From Podarcis pityusensis (lineage: Eukaryota): 64,000 nt of DNA. The notes beneath the pieces were generated by a model that saw only the letters and a program-made list of their open reading frames with translations, was not told the origin of the DNA and ran no database searches. Location: assembly GCA_964106645.2 (NCBI GenBank), contig OZ067051.1; one strand, 5' to 3'. Made by a program: the position numbers and the translations under genes. Below, one piece after another: positions 1 through 13,680 of this stretch. Position 1 is the first letter of the stretch, and each line of letters starts with the position of its first letter.

Positions 1-169
1 GGGCGGAGGCAGCTCCGGGCATCAGCCGCTGGGAAAGGCGAGGAGGGCGGCCCTCCCTCCTTTCCCCCTCCGGAGGCCGAGTAACGCGAGAGGAAGGCGC
101 TGTCGACGCAGCGCGGAGGGTTTTAGGCTGCGGAACTGGCCGCCACAAGACGGGGTGGGGGGCGTCAAG

Positions 170-625
170 CGGTGCCGGATTTACGTACTGTATAAGCTAA
201 ACAAGCTATAGCTTAGGGCCCCACTCTCTTAGGAGCCCCCCAAAAATTTAAGAGAGGAGAAACTGGATGTACATTTCCAAAATATAGGATAAAAAACAAA
301 TAAAACCTACATACAGCAACAGTGTTTGTGTTGTGTCGGCTCCTATGTGTAAGTCATGGGCCCCGCCTGCTCGCCTGCTCCCTAAAATATCACTGGTTTG
401 CTCCTTTCTATATACAGTATAGGGTGCCTACATTCTGCATGGACTGGTTGCATGGCAACATGTGCAAATGGCTTTAGATACCTATTAGGTCCATAAATTA
501 CCATATAGCATATATTCAACACAAAAAACAGCAACAATTTGTTGTTGACAAAGAACAGCTGGACATATAAAGGGCGCCATTACCTTCAGTAGCTCAGGGC
601 CTCATCAAACTTAAATCCGGCCCTG
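170..625. mobile_element. Non-autonomous DNA transposon, hAT (Tip100-like) MITE
   Basis: Terminal inverted repeats cggtGCCGGATTTA ... TAAATCCGGCcctg; no clean TSD. Confidence 0.65.
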
Positions 626-646
626 GGGGTGTGTGATGATGGCGGC

Positions 647-1024
647 TGAAATATGCTCGGAGTTGAGAATGGATTTCATGCTCTTTATTCCGCTCATAGT
701 GGTGAGGAGGAATGGAAGCTCCCCCAGAATATCTGCTTTATATACGTTATTTACACAATGGGCCCCACGTGATTGGCTAATTCTGGGATTCTCCTGTAGG
801 CCAATCAGGTTGCGGATTCACTTCCACCTGGAGCTGGATTGGGTGGCTCCTGTGGATGAATCAGACTGCTGCATTCGGGATCCTATTGTTCTAGGACCAA
901 TCAGACTGCTGCCTTCTGGATCCTATTGTTCTAGGTCCAATCAGACTGCTGCATTCTGAATCCTATTGTTCTAGGACCAATCAGACTGCTGCATTTTGGA
1001 TCCTATTCAACTCAGTACCTAACA
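647..1024 (-). mobile_element. Solo LTR (378 bp)
   Basis: TG...CA termini, 5-bp TSD GCGGC (642-646 and 1025-1029), AATAAA- and TATA-like motifs on the minus strand. Confidence 0.8.
859..1008. repeat. 40-bp tandem repeat (~3.7 copies) inside the solo LTR
   Basis: Unit aatcagactgctgcattctggatcctattgttctaggacc repeated head to tail. Confidence 0.9.
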
Positions 1025-1671
1025 GCGGCCAACTGGGAGGGCTTTATAAAGGGGTGAGGCAAAAGTCATGAGGGACAAAGGCTATGGGGGACAAGTAACT
1101 CGAACACACAACTGCTTTTGAGGGTGTCTCTCACTCGTGGGCTTCCCATAATGGGCATCTGGTTGGTCCCTGTGGATGCTGGACTGAATGGCCCCTTTGG
1201 CCTAATCTGGCAGCCATGCACTTCTCAGAGACACTGACGCTACTTGCCAGTCAGGCTGAACCTGTTGAATTGCCTGCCAGGCAACTGTCCAACGCATAGG
1301 AGCCCTGCTGCCAGGAATGCCACATTCACTTGGGACTCTTCCTTTCATGGCTGCTATCTTGTTCTACACACCCACCCAGGACACAACACTCCCTTCTGGC
1401 TTGGGGAATGTGAAGAGAAAACAGATGAAGAGAAACCTCAATTCCCCCCCTCCCCGCCCCCCATCCCTTGTATAAAGCGTCCCAAATGGCTGTATGGCTG
1501 CCTTTTTTGCCCTTAAACCTCTTGGGCTCACATTTGCAGCCTGATTCAGCTACAGGCCTCCGCTCAGATTAACTCTCCTCTTAAAATCTGTATTATTTTA
1601 ATTAAATAAACCAGCTAGTTGATGGAATTTACTCTGTTTTCTTCCCTTGCAACCTTTCTTTTTGTGCAAAG

Positions 1672-4600
1672 GATTTTTTAACAATGCCTCAGGAAGCTGG
1701 TTCTGGACATTTGGGCAGATGGAGTGGAGATGTCAAACTTCTGCAACACATAGATACTTATCCAAGTTTGACAATGCTTTAAAATGTCATATTTATTCAT
1801 ATTTTTCGTGTGAAAGCTATTCGTATACTTTACTCGAATCCAGGATAACCCACCAGATCTGCCAATCCCCAAAATTAGTTTTTTCAGAAGACCATGTTCA
1901 AGTCAGTGGAAAAGAGCTCATCACTTTGACAATTGAAGACAGGCTAATATTTTATTTTTCAGACAGCTGATAAGGCTAGAGAAATGGCAGGAAAGGGTGG
2001 CAGCATTATTTTTTCTGAGGCTGCTTTCCATTCAGAATTGTTACATCAGGGAACAACTGTAACTTATACTTTCAACAAGTCACATATTTTCTGGGACAAG
2101 GAGTGTCTGAATGGGAGAAAAAGAAAAAGCAGCACAGATTTTTCTGACATAATTTCTGTTTGTTAAGGCATTCCACTCTAAAGCTTTATAACTCTTAATT
2201 TGCTCTTTATTTCAAATGGGACTATTTCACAAGCTGCTATGGTTTTCTGTAACATGCCCCTCCTGGAAACTACAGCATATAAAAGGTTAGGGTGTCAATT
2301 GAGAGATAGCCTTTTCCCCTTTTATTTATTTTTACCTTGCTAGCTTTGTAATGGGCAATGATGCTTAGCTGATGAGTTTAGCTGAAGATGCTTGCTTAAT
2401 GGCTTCTGATCACTTGCTGTTTGTCAATGAATGCCAGTGACTGGTGACTGCTGACCTAGATGGGATGTACGGTAAATATAATACAGCATTTTAATCACAT
2501 CTGGAGATAAGTTGTGGATATTATTTGGAGCCACAATGCCTGCACTGCATTCTAACAAATTTCAAGCTGCAGACTCCCTGTACTCTTCTTGCCCCCACAA
2601 AATAATCTCAGTCCCAAAAGTTGATTTTTCAAAATTATTTTACTGAGGTTCATTAAAGATACATGTCAAGAAGTACAATTAACACAAAGAAAAAACAATA
2701 AACTGAATAAAATGCAAACTATTAACTATTCAGGTGGCCAGTCCAGGGTGTAGCTATGCAGCAGTAAGAAAATAAAGGTCAATTGCACTGGAGACACACC
2801 TTCAATCAGCAAAGTATGGTGTGTATGATCAATAAAGCATTAATCTCTCTCAATCAACACCCACTGCTCTAATTACCCAAATTTGACCATCAATAACGAC
2901 TGGCACATTTATATTGCTTTGCTTGTTTTTTGTTTTTTTTTCTTCCTCATGAGATTTCACATAGGAAAAAGCAAGTATCATAAAAGGACTATTCAAAATA
3001 ATGAAGAAAGCCAACTATTCTGTTGCTGTGGAATGGTGAGAGGAGATGAGTGGCTGACACAATGGATGCTTGTTCCTTCCAGTGTTGCTGAGCCAATATG
3101 GCTTCTTAGTATTCTGGGAAGCTGCAGGCTATAAAGCAAGCCAGATGATGACTAGGGCACAAGTGATACAAGTCTTGTTTTGACGTTGCCCAAACACCAG
3201 TTAGGGCACATAATTGTGCTTACCATGCTGCAGTACAGGTGGCAAAGATGACACATTTTGCAAACTGCACTGCATCCTCAAACAGGCAGCCAGCGGAACA
3301 CTTTCAGTCAGTCCAGAGGTTGCCAACTCCCAGTATGGGGAAGAAACCCGTGTTATCCTTAAGGACCCACTAGCTATACTTTTGGTGGATAAAGCCACTC
3401 TACTTTCAAGAGAACTTGACTTCGCAATTGTTGCAGTTCCAATTGAAGTATTAAATGCCAAGCCATTCAATCAGGAAACCGTTTAAGAAATCACCAATTT
3501 CTTTGTATCAGGTAAAATGCTGTTCCTTCCATCTGTGCTAAAACTATTATTATTTATTATTATTTTTATCCCACCCTTCCTTCCAAAGGAGCCCAGGACA
3601 GCAAATGCACAAATGATAAATAAATCTAAAAATATTCCCAATGCTAATTACACAGAATGAAGTTGCTTACATGGACATTATGGGATGAAAGCGGGGAATG
3701 CTTACAGCATCTACCAGTTTTTAATTTTGATGGACAGTTCAACTGCCTTGCTTTCATTTTCATTTATACAGACAAAATTATTTGCAAAGGACATAGCACT
3801 GATATTTAAGAGATCTGGTCCATTTGCAGTATATGTTCCATGGCTGACATCTACACTCAGCTAACAATGGCAACTAGTGACAGAAGCAAAGTTGAATAAT
3901 GGGGCAATGTATAAATGCTTAGATATAGGTGCTTATGGGTCATTCCTTATATTTGAAGCTCCCTCAAAAAATTCTAACAAAGCCTGCTTTTCATTTGGAA
4001 GTGGAAAAGGCCAAGTTATTTGGAAGAACTTAAATGGGCGAGAATCAGTTACTATACAATGAGAAATAGTGCAGTGTTATTTATTTCACTAAAGGTTAGT
4101 TTGTCATTTGTAACCTTTAATGAGTCCATGGATCCTACAGATTAGGGCTGCAAACCCTATACTCAGTTTCCTGGATACAAGCCTCACTGAACTCAATGTG
4201 TCTTAACTTTTGAGTAGACATTTATAGTATTGTGCTGCACGACTACAGTTGTGTGCATACTTAGTTGGGAATACATCCCCCAGGCGTCAGAATTGCTCAA
4301 GATTGGGTTGTGCATAGCTGTTTTTAATTTTTTGTTAATTATCTGTAGATATTTGCTCATGCTGGTGGCCAAGACGCTGTAGACATTTTGTCATCTCGCT
4401 TTTTGACGATGCAGTGACTTATTGATTGGTACCGTTGCCTCATCCATCACTGGCACACACTTGACTCAAAAGGTAGTGACACATTTGATTTCCTTCCACC
4501 CCCACGTTGCACAAAGGCTTAGAGCAGACTATTAAAAATAATGTACTGCCTGTATCTGAAGCAAATACTGTTGTCATCGTTACTTAAACCTTTTTATGCA

Positions 4601-5489
4601 CCAATCCTAAAAATGCTGACATGCCTATGTTGGTAAAATTGATGTGTCTGTACCAGAGCAAGTAGATGTAAGATGACATTGATGTGTTTTTTTCCTTTCT
4701 TTGTGTCATGCCCCACACTACCTCCTGTGGCACATGTAAATCACCTCCTGTAACATGCAAGCTCTTGAGTTTGTGCAAATACTCTTTACATTAATTTCTG
4801 TTTATCACATTTTTATCCCATACTTCTTTCAAGTTCAGAGCAATATATGTAGGAGGTTGTCTCATTTTATGTTCACGACAACCTCAGGGTCAGAGCTAAG
4901 GGTCTGAATATATCCACACCCAAACACAATATGCTAGCTGCACTGTACATAAACAACCTTCAGTTATTTTGGTGGACCAAAAATAAAGACTTGAATGACT
5001 AAGATGAAATAAAGTAACTAACAGAATTAATACTTCTAAAACCACCTAGTGATCTAACCCCCATTGCTGTCAATACATGAAATCTGTTGCTATTGCATCC
5101 CTGATAGCTGACCATCCCCTCTCTGCAAATAAATCTCTACCTTTCTTCAAGGTAGGCTGTTCACTGTTGAACAACTCTTACAGTCACACCATTCTTCCTG
5201 TTTTGTTTATCTCCTTTTTCCTGCATTTTAAGTCATTCATTTGGTTCCTACCAACTGGATCAATGGGAAACCTATTTGCTCCATCATTTATGTGAGAGCC
5301 CTTGAACTACCGGTATTTGAAGCCTCTTTTCCAGGCTCAACACACCCAACACCTTCAACCTTTCCTCATTGTGACTTAGTCTCCAAGTCCCCCTCACCAT
5401 CTTTGTTGCTCTGCCATCACATTTGCTTTAATGTTGTATGCTTGTGCATTTTAAAGCCCTGCTATGTTAAAAGAAATTTGGAAGGATAA
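1672..5489 (+). pseudogene. Decayed multi-exon gene of unknown identity (exon-like segments 1672-2285, 2965-3511, 3772-4094, 4349-4472, 5233-5489)
   Basis: Each segment has a pyrimidine-rich AG acceptor and, except the last, a GT donor. Phases chain 1-0-1-0-1 and link the independent ORFs 1647-1970, 3214-3486 and 5241-5489 into one frame with ~20 internal stops. Confidence 0.65.
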
Positions 5490-5739
5490 GATGCAAATAT
5501 CCTAATAAGTATTTTGTTGTACCTTTTAAAAAAACCTAAACTAAAGTAACTCATCCTTGGTGATTCCTGTTTGAGTGAAAGCCAGCACAAAGAGTTGCCA
5601 TCACACACACAGCCCGCCCCCCTCAGGGCTGCTATGCCTTGGAGAGATTTGTGCAGACTATAAGAACCATGGCCAAACAGATGCACATACATGCTGAGTA
5701 CATGCTGAGTAGATAACTGTCATTCAAATACATTTTGCC

Positions 5740-6380
5740 TTGGACAATGGAGATAGAACATAGCCATTGTGGCTAATAGACACTGATAGCCTTATCCTCC
5801 ATGAATTTGTCTAATCCTCTTTTAAAGCCATCCAATGGGATCATTACCTCTTGTGGGAACTAATTCTATAGTTTAAGTATGCACTGTGTGAATAAGTATT
5901 TGTCTCTGTCCTAAATCTTCCTACCATGTTTAATTCTATACACCTCTTATGTCTCCTCTTACTCACCTTTTTTCTAAACTAAAAAGCCCCATATTTGCAA
6001 CTTTGTCCTCCTGATAATTTTGGTTGCCCTTTTATGAACCCTTTCCAGCTCACACAATATCCATTCTGAGGTGAAGTGACTAGAACTGTATATAGTTTTA
6101 TTTTCAGTTCCTTTCCTAATGATTCTTAATGTGGAGTCTGCCTTTTTTTCAGCTGCTGCACAATGGATCAACATCTGCATCGGAGTATCTACTACAACCC
6201 CAGTGTTTTATTCCTGGGGAGGCACCACCAGTTCAGATCCTATGAGCGTATATGTGAAACTAGGATTCTTTGCCCCATGTCCAGCCCTTTACATTTGTTT
6301 GCATGGAGTTGCTTTTGTCATTTTACTTCCCGTCCAGCCAGTTAGGAGAAATCCTTTTGGAGTTTCTTGCAATCCCTTTT
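5740..6380 (-). mobile_element. Degenerate CR1 LINE 3' fragment
   Basis: Minus-strand peptide ELERVHKRATKII and CR1 3' UTR motifs. Confidence 0.75.
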
Positions 6381-7249
6381 CATACTTTGTCAAAAGCTTT
6401 TTGTAAGTCTAAGGACACATAGTAAGCTATCAACATGCTTATTGACATTCCCAAAAGCATCTAGAGGGTTAGTGAGGAAGCTGTAGTGGCTCAATAATTC
6501 TGTATTTAATACTGCTTTCCAGCCTGTAACTGGGGAACTTTTGGCCATCCAGATGTGGCTGAACAAAAACTCCAATCTTCCCTTCCCATGGTTGCTGGGG
6601 CTAATGGGAGTTGTAGTTCTGCAACACCCAGAGGGCCAAACGATTCCTTTTTGAAAATTGATGCCACTTTTCAGCCCGCTGGTATGGAGGCTGATCTTAA
6701 GGATAAGTTGCATGTTTTTGTTACAAAGCCAACAGGAGAAGTCGAGGCAACACAGCATCTGGTGGAGCCTTCCGGACCTGGCTGTTCTGAGGGTCCCACA
6801 AGGTTCGGGGTTGCTTTTCCTCGGCTGGCCCTCTGGAAAGAAGCGAAGCCTCCCCTTCCCGCCGAGAATCAAGACGAACTGAGGCAGCCGGTCTGTTCCG
6901 GAACGCTTGAGCCGGAGTTCAAACTCCGCGCCCCCCTTCGGTGCCCTTACGCGGGGGCAAGTCCCGTTGCGCTCCGAGCGGCGCTTACTCCCAAGGAAGC
7001 CGGCTGGAGACCAGGTCCCTGAAGCGCGCCTGCGGGAGGAAGTAGCGCCGGGGCCGCCCGCCCACCTGGGCTTCCTGGCTCCTCGGCGCCCGCTTCTTCG
7101 CTCGCTGAGGGGAGAAGAGGCGGGCGGGACCTGGCAAGGAGACAAGGCCGGCCGCCGGAGAAGCAGCGCCCGCTTTCTCCCTGCTCCAGGTCTTTACCTC
7201 ACAGAGACTAAGTGAGGGCCGTTGGCCTCATTAAGGCGGCGGCAGCGGC

Positions 7250-7757
7250 GGCAGCACTCGTCCGGCAGAGAAGGGTTAATCGCCGCCGCGCTCTTCGCGG
7301 CGCTGCTGCTGAGGTTGCTGTTGCCGCCGCCGCCGCCGCCAAGCGCGGAGGGATACAGAGCAGGAACCTTGAACGTGGCGGTGCTGAGGCCCCGAAGCCC
7401 AAAAATGTCTGCCTGAGGGGAGGCCCCGCAAGTTCCGTCGAGACGGGGCGGGGGAGCAAGAAAGGCAGACCGGCAGGCACGGGCGGGAGAAGGAAAGGGA
7501 GGCCACGGGCGGCAGTCGACGGAGCGGCCGAGCGCGAAGAGGGCAGGAGGAAGAAAGAAAAGGAAGGACGCGCTGAGGGAGAGGAGAGCGCGCGGCATTC
7601 TCGCCCCTCCGCTCCGTCTTCCTCCGCTGCTGCTGCTGCTGCTGCTGCTTCTCTCCTGACTGACTCCGGGGCGGTGGTGACGCTGACGCCGCCGCCGCCG
7701 CCGCCGCCTTAGAAGGAGAAGAGCCACTTGGACCCGGGCAGCGGGGCCGGGAACCGG
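7250..7757 (+). other. TCF12: Probable non-coding first exon of TCF12 (start approximate)
   Basis: Lies in the CpG island. Candidate donor CGG|GTAAAG at 7757/7758 could pair with the acceptor at 8637. The TSS cannot be determined from sequence. Confidence 0.45.
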
Positions 7758-8344
7758 GTAAAGGCAGGCAGGCGTCACGGAGGGAGGGAGGGAGGGAGCG
7801 GGAGAAGCGGGCAGGGGTGGGGACCGAGGGGAAGGGAAGCTGGTGGCGGCCGGAGGGGGCTCCCTCCCCGCTCGGAGGGAGGAGAAGCGGGGACGCGCAC
7901 GGCGGCCCGGGGCGCGCGCCTGGTGCTGAGAGGCTCCGGCGCCCTTTTTGGGGAGGCGGCCGGGGCCGCGGGATGGGCGGGCAGGAGACCCCCTCTCGGC
8001 GCGGGGGCGGCAGGGCTGCTCCTCTGGCTCTTCCGCGCAGGCCGGCGGGGTTGTTCCAGGAAGCGCGGCCCCTCCGCGCCCCCAACTAGTGGCCCCTGTT
8101 CCTGCGCACACGCCGCCTTCTCCAGTTCTCTTTCCCGCGAGAAACCCCTTGAACTCCGGGTTGCTGGCGGCGCTTCGCTGGCGCGGAAGTGGCTGGCGGA
8201 GAGGTGGGCGAGAGACTTATTGTTCGCAGCCTCGTCGAGCGCCTGCCCGCCTTTCCATCGGCCCACCCGCTTACTTCCCCGCTCGGCCTGCTTGGAGGAC
8301 TTTGCCTCCGCTTCGTTCTTCCCCTTCTGGGCTGCTCCGGTTAG

Positions 8345-8851
<507 letters not shown>

Positions 8852-9525
8852 TAATAAGCAGACTCCCGTATTGAAGGCTCTGGGTCAGTCATCTGAACTG
8901 GTTAAAATCCAGCTGACCCATAGATAGCCATTGGATAGCTTTTCTCGTTTGTTTTCCACAGATAGCTCAACGGGTGTTTGTTTTTTTCCTGTAAAAATGC
9001 AGTGTAGGTAATGGGGAGGGGGACCCCAAGCAGCTTAATCCTAATCCTATTTGCTCAGAAGAGTGGGACCTGCCTTCATGTATCCATAATTAGGGTTGTA
9101 GTCTCAGTTCAATTCTGTGCATGTTTGCTCAGAAGTAAACCTCATTGAGTTGAATTGGACTTACTCCCAGGTAAGTCTGTATAGGATTGCAGCCCTAGTA
9201 TCTTTATTCCTGTTTTGCACTGTAATATTAGATTGGAAGCAAGTCATGATGTCCCACAATGTCTTACATTATTATTTTTTAAATCAAGTGTATTTTGTGA
9301 AAGTAAAATACAGAATACTTACTTGGCTTTGTTAGGTTATCCTGCACTTGTAGTATTTTGACCAATAGACCTATTATATTGAGTAATAAACTGGACATGT
9401 TACTGACCTTAAAAATTGTACCACTAATTCTCTGTGTTATGAAACATTTTTAAGCACAGTTAATGCTATTAATTTTTCTATGAATGTATTCCCAGCTTTT
9501 TTACATTCCAAATACACATAACTGA

Positions 9526-9714
<189 letters not shown>

Positions 9715-11929
9715 TAATTTGTATATGACAAACTTTTGTGGATGAAATATATAGTTTTCAAGGAGTTAAAACAAATGCAGTATAAACACTTTAAAAATGA
9801 GTTAGTTTTCTGCTGGAATCTCTAGTTTGTTGTTGCTGTGGAATGAGTTTAAAGGTTAATTCAATTGAGAATATTGGGTTTGCAGGAAGACAGGTATTCG
9901 TGAAAATGTGGATATTCAGTTTTTTGTCAGTAATTTGGGATTATATTATTTCTTTTGAATTTTAAAAAACTTTTAGTGATTTAAGTAACACTAACATAAA
10001 TTCAGAATATTGAAGTTGAAAGCCTTTTGTGTAATTTATACAAAATTAAGGCATAAAGCAAGACTAGAATAAAGTACAGCTAAATAGGGAAAACAGTGTT
10101 TCGTTTCTAGAGTTCACATGGTCAAATTAAGTAGGAAAAGAGAGGCAAATGTATAATGTATATTGACCAGATTGAACAGATGTGTATTTATGTGTGCATA
10201 AACCATTTAAATTGGGAGATGAAGTATTTGCTGAGGAAATAAAATTTAAAATTGAGTTGTATTGAAGATAATGCTTTTCTTTAAAAATGCTGTAAATTGC
10301 AATGGCAGCAGTGCAGAGCTGTTATTCTGTGTTCCATTGCTCCTACAACCTTGTGCCTAAAACATGTTTTCTGGCATTCTTCTCTCCTGCATATGTTACG
10401 TATACTTTCATATCCTACTTTAAATTCACAGTAGGCATAATTGAGCTGCAGATTTAAAATAGATGACTATTTTAGTTTGACCAGTGTAGAATGATATGAG
10501 ATTGCATTATTGGAAAGCATTTTCGGAGAATTGTGTTGATCTGTTGTACTTGTTGTCTTTTATAGATAAGGAAAATAAAACATATTATCAAATGCTACAT
10601 TATTAGTTTTGGAACCACTGTTGCATTTTTATTTGTGTTGACTTCTAATTGTCAGGGGTAATCTAGTAAGTATTTCCATAATCTAACTGGTAATCTGAGT
10701 CTTGTCCTTCCTCACAAATCTTTGGTATTCTATCTAAACTTGAATTACCCAAGGAGAATGGCTGAATGGCTAAAAAGCAAGCAGGTCTGTCTACTAGTTT
10801 TGAGTCTTTTAATATTGTTGCGGCACAGTCCGAATTAAACTCTCAACAAGTATTGTTGAATGAAAATTAATATTTAGATTGCTGTTGGATCATTTTAAAA
10901 AGGTTTTGGTATATTTCATAGTAGACCCAGTGTAGACATAATGCTTCCTGGTGTCTAATCATAGTGAAGTGATTTGGAGTGCCTTGTGTGCTTGCAGTTT
11001 TCTTTGTCATGTGGACATTTCTTCCCCTACTTCATTTAAGAAATAACTATTAATAGCATTGTATCTACATCAGTGATATTGTTAATCATAGTTAAACCAA
11101 ACATAACTTTCAAACTTGTAACAATGGTTATTGGACTGTTGTTGGAGAATACAGATAAAGAAACATAACTGTGTTTTAATTTTCCTGTACAGCTTGATGT
11201 GGAGTTGCAAGTATATGCCATTTTTCTTTGGGAAATGAATATGGCTGCAAACAGAAAGCTTCCCAAGGCTTTCTAATTTCCTAGAAAATATCAGCTGCAA
11301 GCAGCTGCAATTGTAGCATAGTATACACAGTTTTCTGAAGCAGAGTTATGGAAGCAGAGAATGACAATCTGTTTTTCAGCATAAATATGTGAGAGGCTTA
11401 TTGTATTGAAATATATGCCATATTTATGATATAACCTTAAACATATATTTTGAGAGGTTTGTCTATAATTTCAAAATGTGTAGATTTGATGTTCACAAGT
11501 AACCCTCACGTCTGTATCCTTCCTGTTAAATATTAATGTAAATCTTCTGGATCTCAGTAGTGGTTTTGTGCTTTGTGCTCAATTTGTTATAACCTGTTAC
11601 ATGAACCTGAACGGAATTGTCTCTTTCAAAAACCTATAATCTAAAACTGAGACTTGACAAAATCTTCCAGTAGTTGAATTTTATGTGCATGTGAGAGACA
11701 TTAATTTTTTAACTTGTTGCAAATAATTTGCAGTCACATGAAGTAAGTTAGGAATCCTGTGCACATTTATATCAGAATAAGTCACACTGAATACTCAGTG
11801 ACTACTTAAAAAAGTCAACATGGAAGATTGTGGCTGTGAAATTTACTAGAGACATTAAGGTTCAGTTATCATCTACAGAAAACTTTCATCATTTGTGTCT
11901 TGCTGATGGTGAAACAAGTGCTGCTACTA

Positions 11930-12510
11930 AGAAGAGCTCTGATAGATCAGGCCAAAAGCATATCATGTCCAGCATCCTGTTCTCACAGTGGCCAACCAGA
12001 TGCTTATGGGAAGCCTGCAAGCAAGACCCAAGTGAGATTCAGAGGTCTATTGCCTCGGACAGTGGAGGCAGAACATAACCACCATAGCTAGTAGACATTG
12101 ACATTCATATTAATGAATTTGTTCAATCCACTTTCAAAGCCACCCAAATTGGAGGGCATAGCTACCTCTTGTGGGAGCAGATTTCATAGTATAACTCTAT
12201 GCTGTGTGAAGAAATACTTTTTTGTCTCCCCTGAATCCTCCAATGTTCAACTTCATTGGATGGTTCTAGCTTCTAGTATTATGAGAGAGGGAGAAAAACT
12301 TCCAATCTACTTTCACGACATCATACATAAACTCTATCATGCCCCCTTAATCCTCCCCCCACCACAAAACTAAAAAGCCCCAGGTGTTGTAACTTTTCGT
12401 CATGGAGTTGTTCCAGCCCCTTTGTTATTTTGGTTGCCTTTTTCTGAAAAAATTCCAGCTCTAAAATAACCTTTTTTTGAGGTGAGGCAACCATAACACA
12501 GATCACATAA
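11930..12510 (-). mobile_element. Degenerate CR1 LINE 3' fragment
   Basis: Minus-strand LEFFQKKATKITKGLEQL...LGLFS, typical of the CR1 ORF2 C-terminus. Confidence 0.8.
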
Positions 12511-13641
12511 TACTAATTCTGTTATGACTATGCTGGCTGGCTGTAGATTTCCAAGCCCAATTCAAAGTGCTGGTTTTAACCCATAAAACTCTTTATGGCT
12601 AAGGATCCAAATACATTCTGGAATGCCTCGCCTCTCTTCTGTTGTTTCTGTAAAATGCCATTCTGTCTTTCTATGTGTCTTCACCAGTCTGGATGATTTG
12701 TACTAAGGTCCAAGGGTCTACTGTCTGCTTGTGTGAAGCTTGCCATTTGCTTCACAGACAGTAGCTTGTATTTGACGACTGGGCTTAGCTTGAATACTCA
12801 GACAGTCTTACCTGGTTAATGGGATCAATTCCAGTTTGTTTTGGAAGTACTTAGTCCCTACCTGGCTTTCAGTCTGTGTGCAGCAGGAGTGAAGATACTT
12901 TTTCAGTTCCTGGGGGCTGCGTTCTCTTGTGGCAGCTTTTAGTGGCCACTTGTCCCCCTTAAGGGGCCAGAGGCAAAAGGGGCTGGAGCAGTGGGTACAA
13001 CTCTTAAGTAGGCTGCATTGCAGCCATGCAAATGTCAAAAGCCTCTAAACACCTGTAGGCATTACCACAGGTCAAAGGCACATTCCAGCCAGGACAACAA
13101 ATTTGAAGAGGATGCAAGGCTGATGAGGGTTCTGGCCTTGGGGCCAGAGCACTGTATTTGGACCCTGCGTCTGAGAATTTCCTCCCTGGCATAGACACTG
13201 CCTCAATCTATAGATGATTCATCCCCAGTTGTACTTTGGGGCTTGTTACTGTTACCATGATGTGATAATGATACACTTACTGGGATTTCATGAATATTTG
13301 CAGCACATTCCCTTCGCAGGGAATCGGCAGTTGGATGTTGGCTTCCTGGGGCCGTCTGCATGGGTTTCTGTAGGTGTGGGTTTTCTTCAAGGGGAAGGGG
13401 TTCTTACAGAGATGTGGAACAAAATGCCATCAGTATGCTCATGGCATGCAGTTGCAACTCAGATGGCAAGTTTCTTACTTTATGGCAGATGCCACATGAA
13501 TGGTTCTTATAAAAATATTGTTGCTTGTGTTTTGCTTCCTGATGTTTAATCACTGATAAATTGTTTTATGTCTTGTTAGCCCTCTTGAGCTTCTCTGAGG
13601 AAATGCAGGCTATAAGGATATATATTACATATATGTTTGTG

Positions 13642-13647
<6 letters not shown>

Positions 13648-13678
<31 letters not shown>
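13648..13678. repeat. (CA)n microsatellite
   Basis: Direct inspection. Confidence 0.95.

Positions 13679-13680
<2 letters not shown>

Noticed and set aside
859-1008. CRISPR-like periodic repeat
   Set aside because: Units are head to tail with no unique spacers, lie inside a solo LTR, and the DNA is vertebrate.
3201-3470. Minus-strand ORF ending near a good donor (CATG|gtaagc)
   Set aside because: No matching acceptor or partner exons found; better explained as the antisense shadow of the + strand pseudo-exon.
9030-9195. Short hairpins (also ~4145-4260 and ~14535-14710) as miRNA or ncRNA genes
   Set aside because: Multiple diverged copies of the same ~80-bp palindromic motif indicate an old interspersed repeat.
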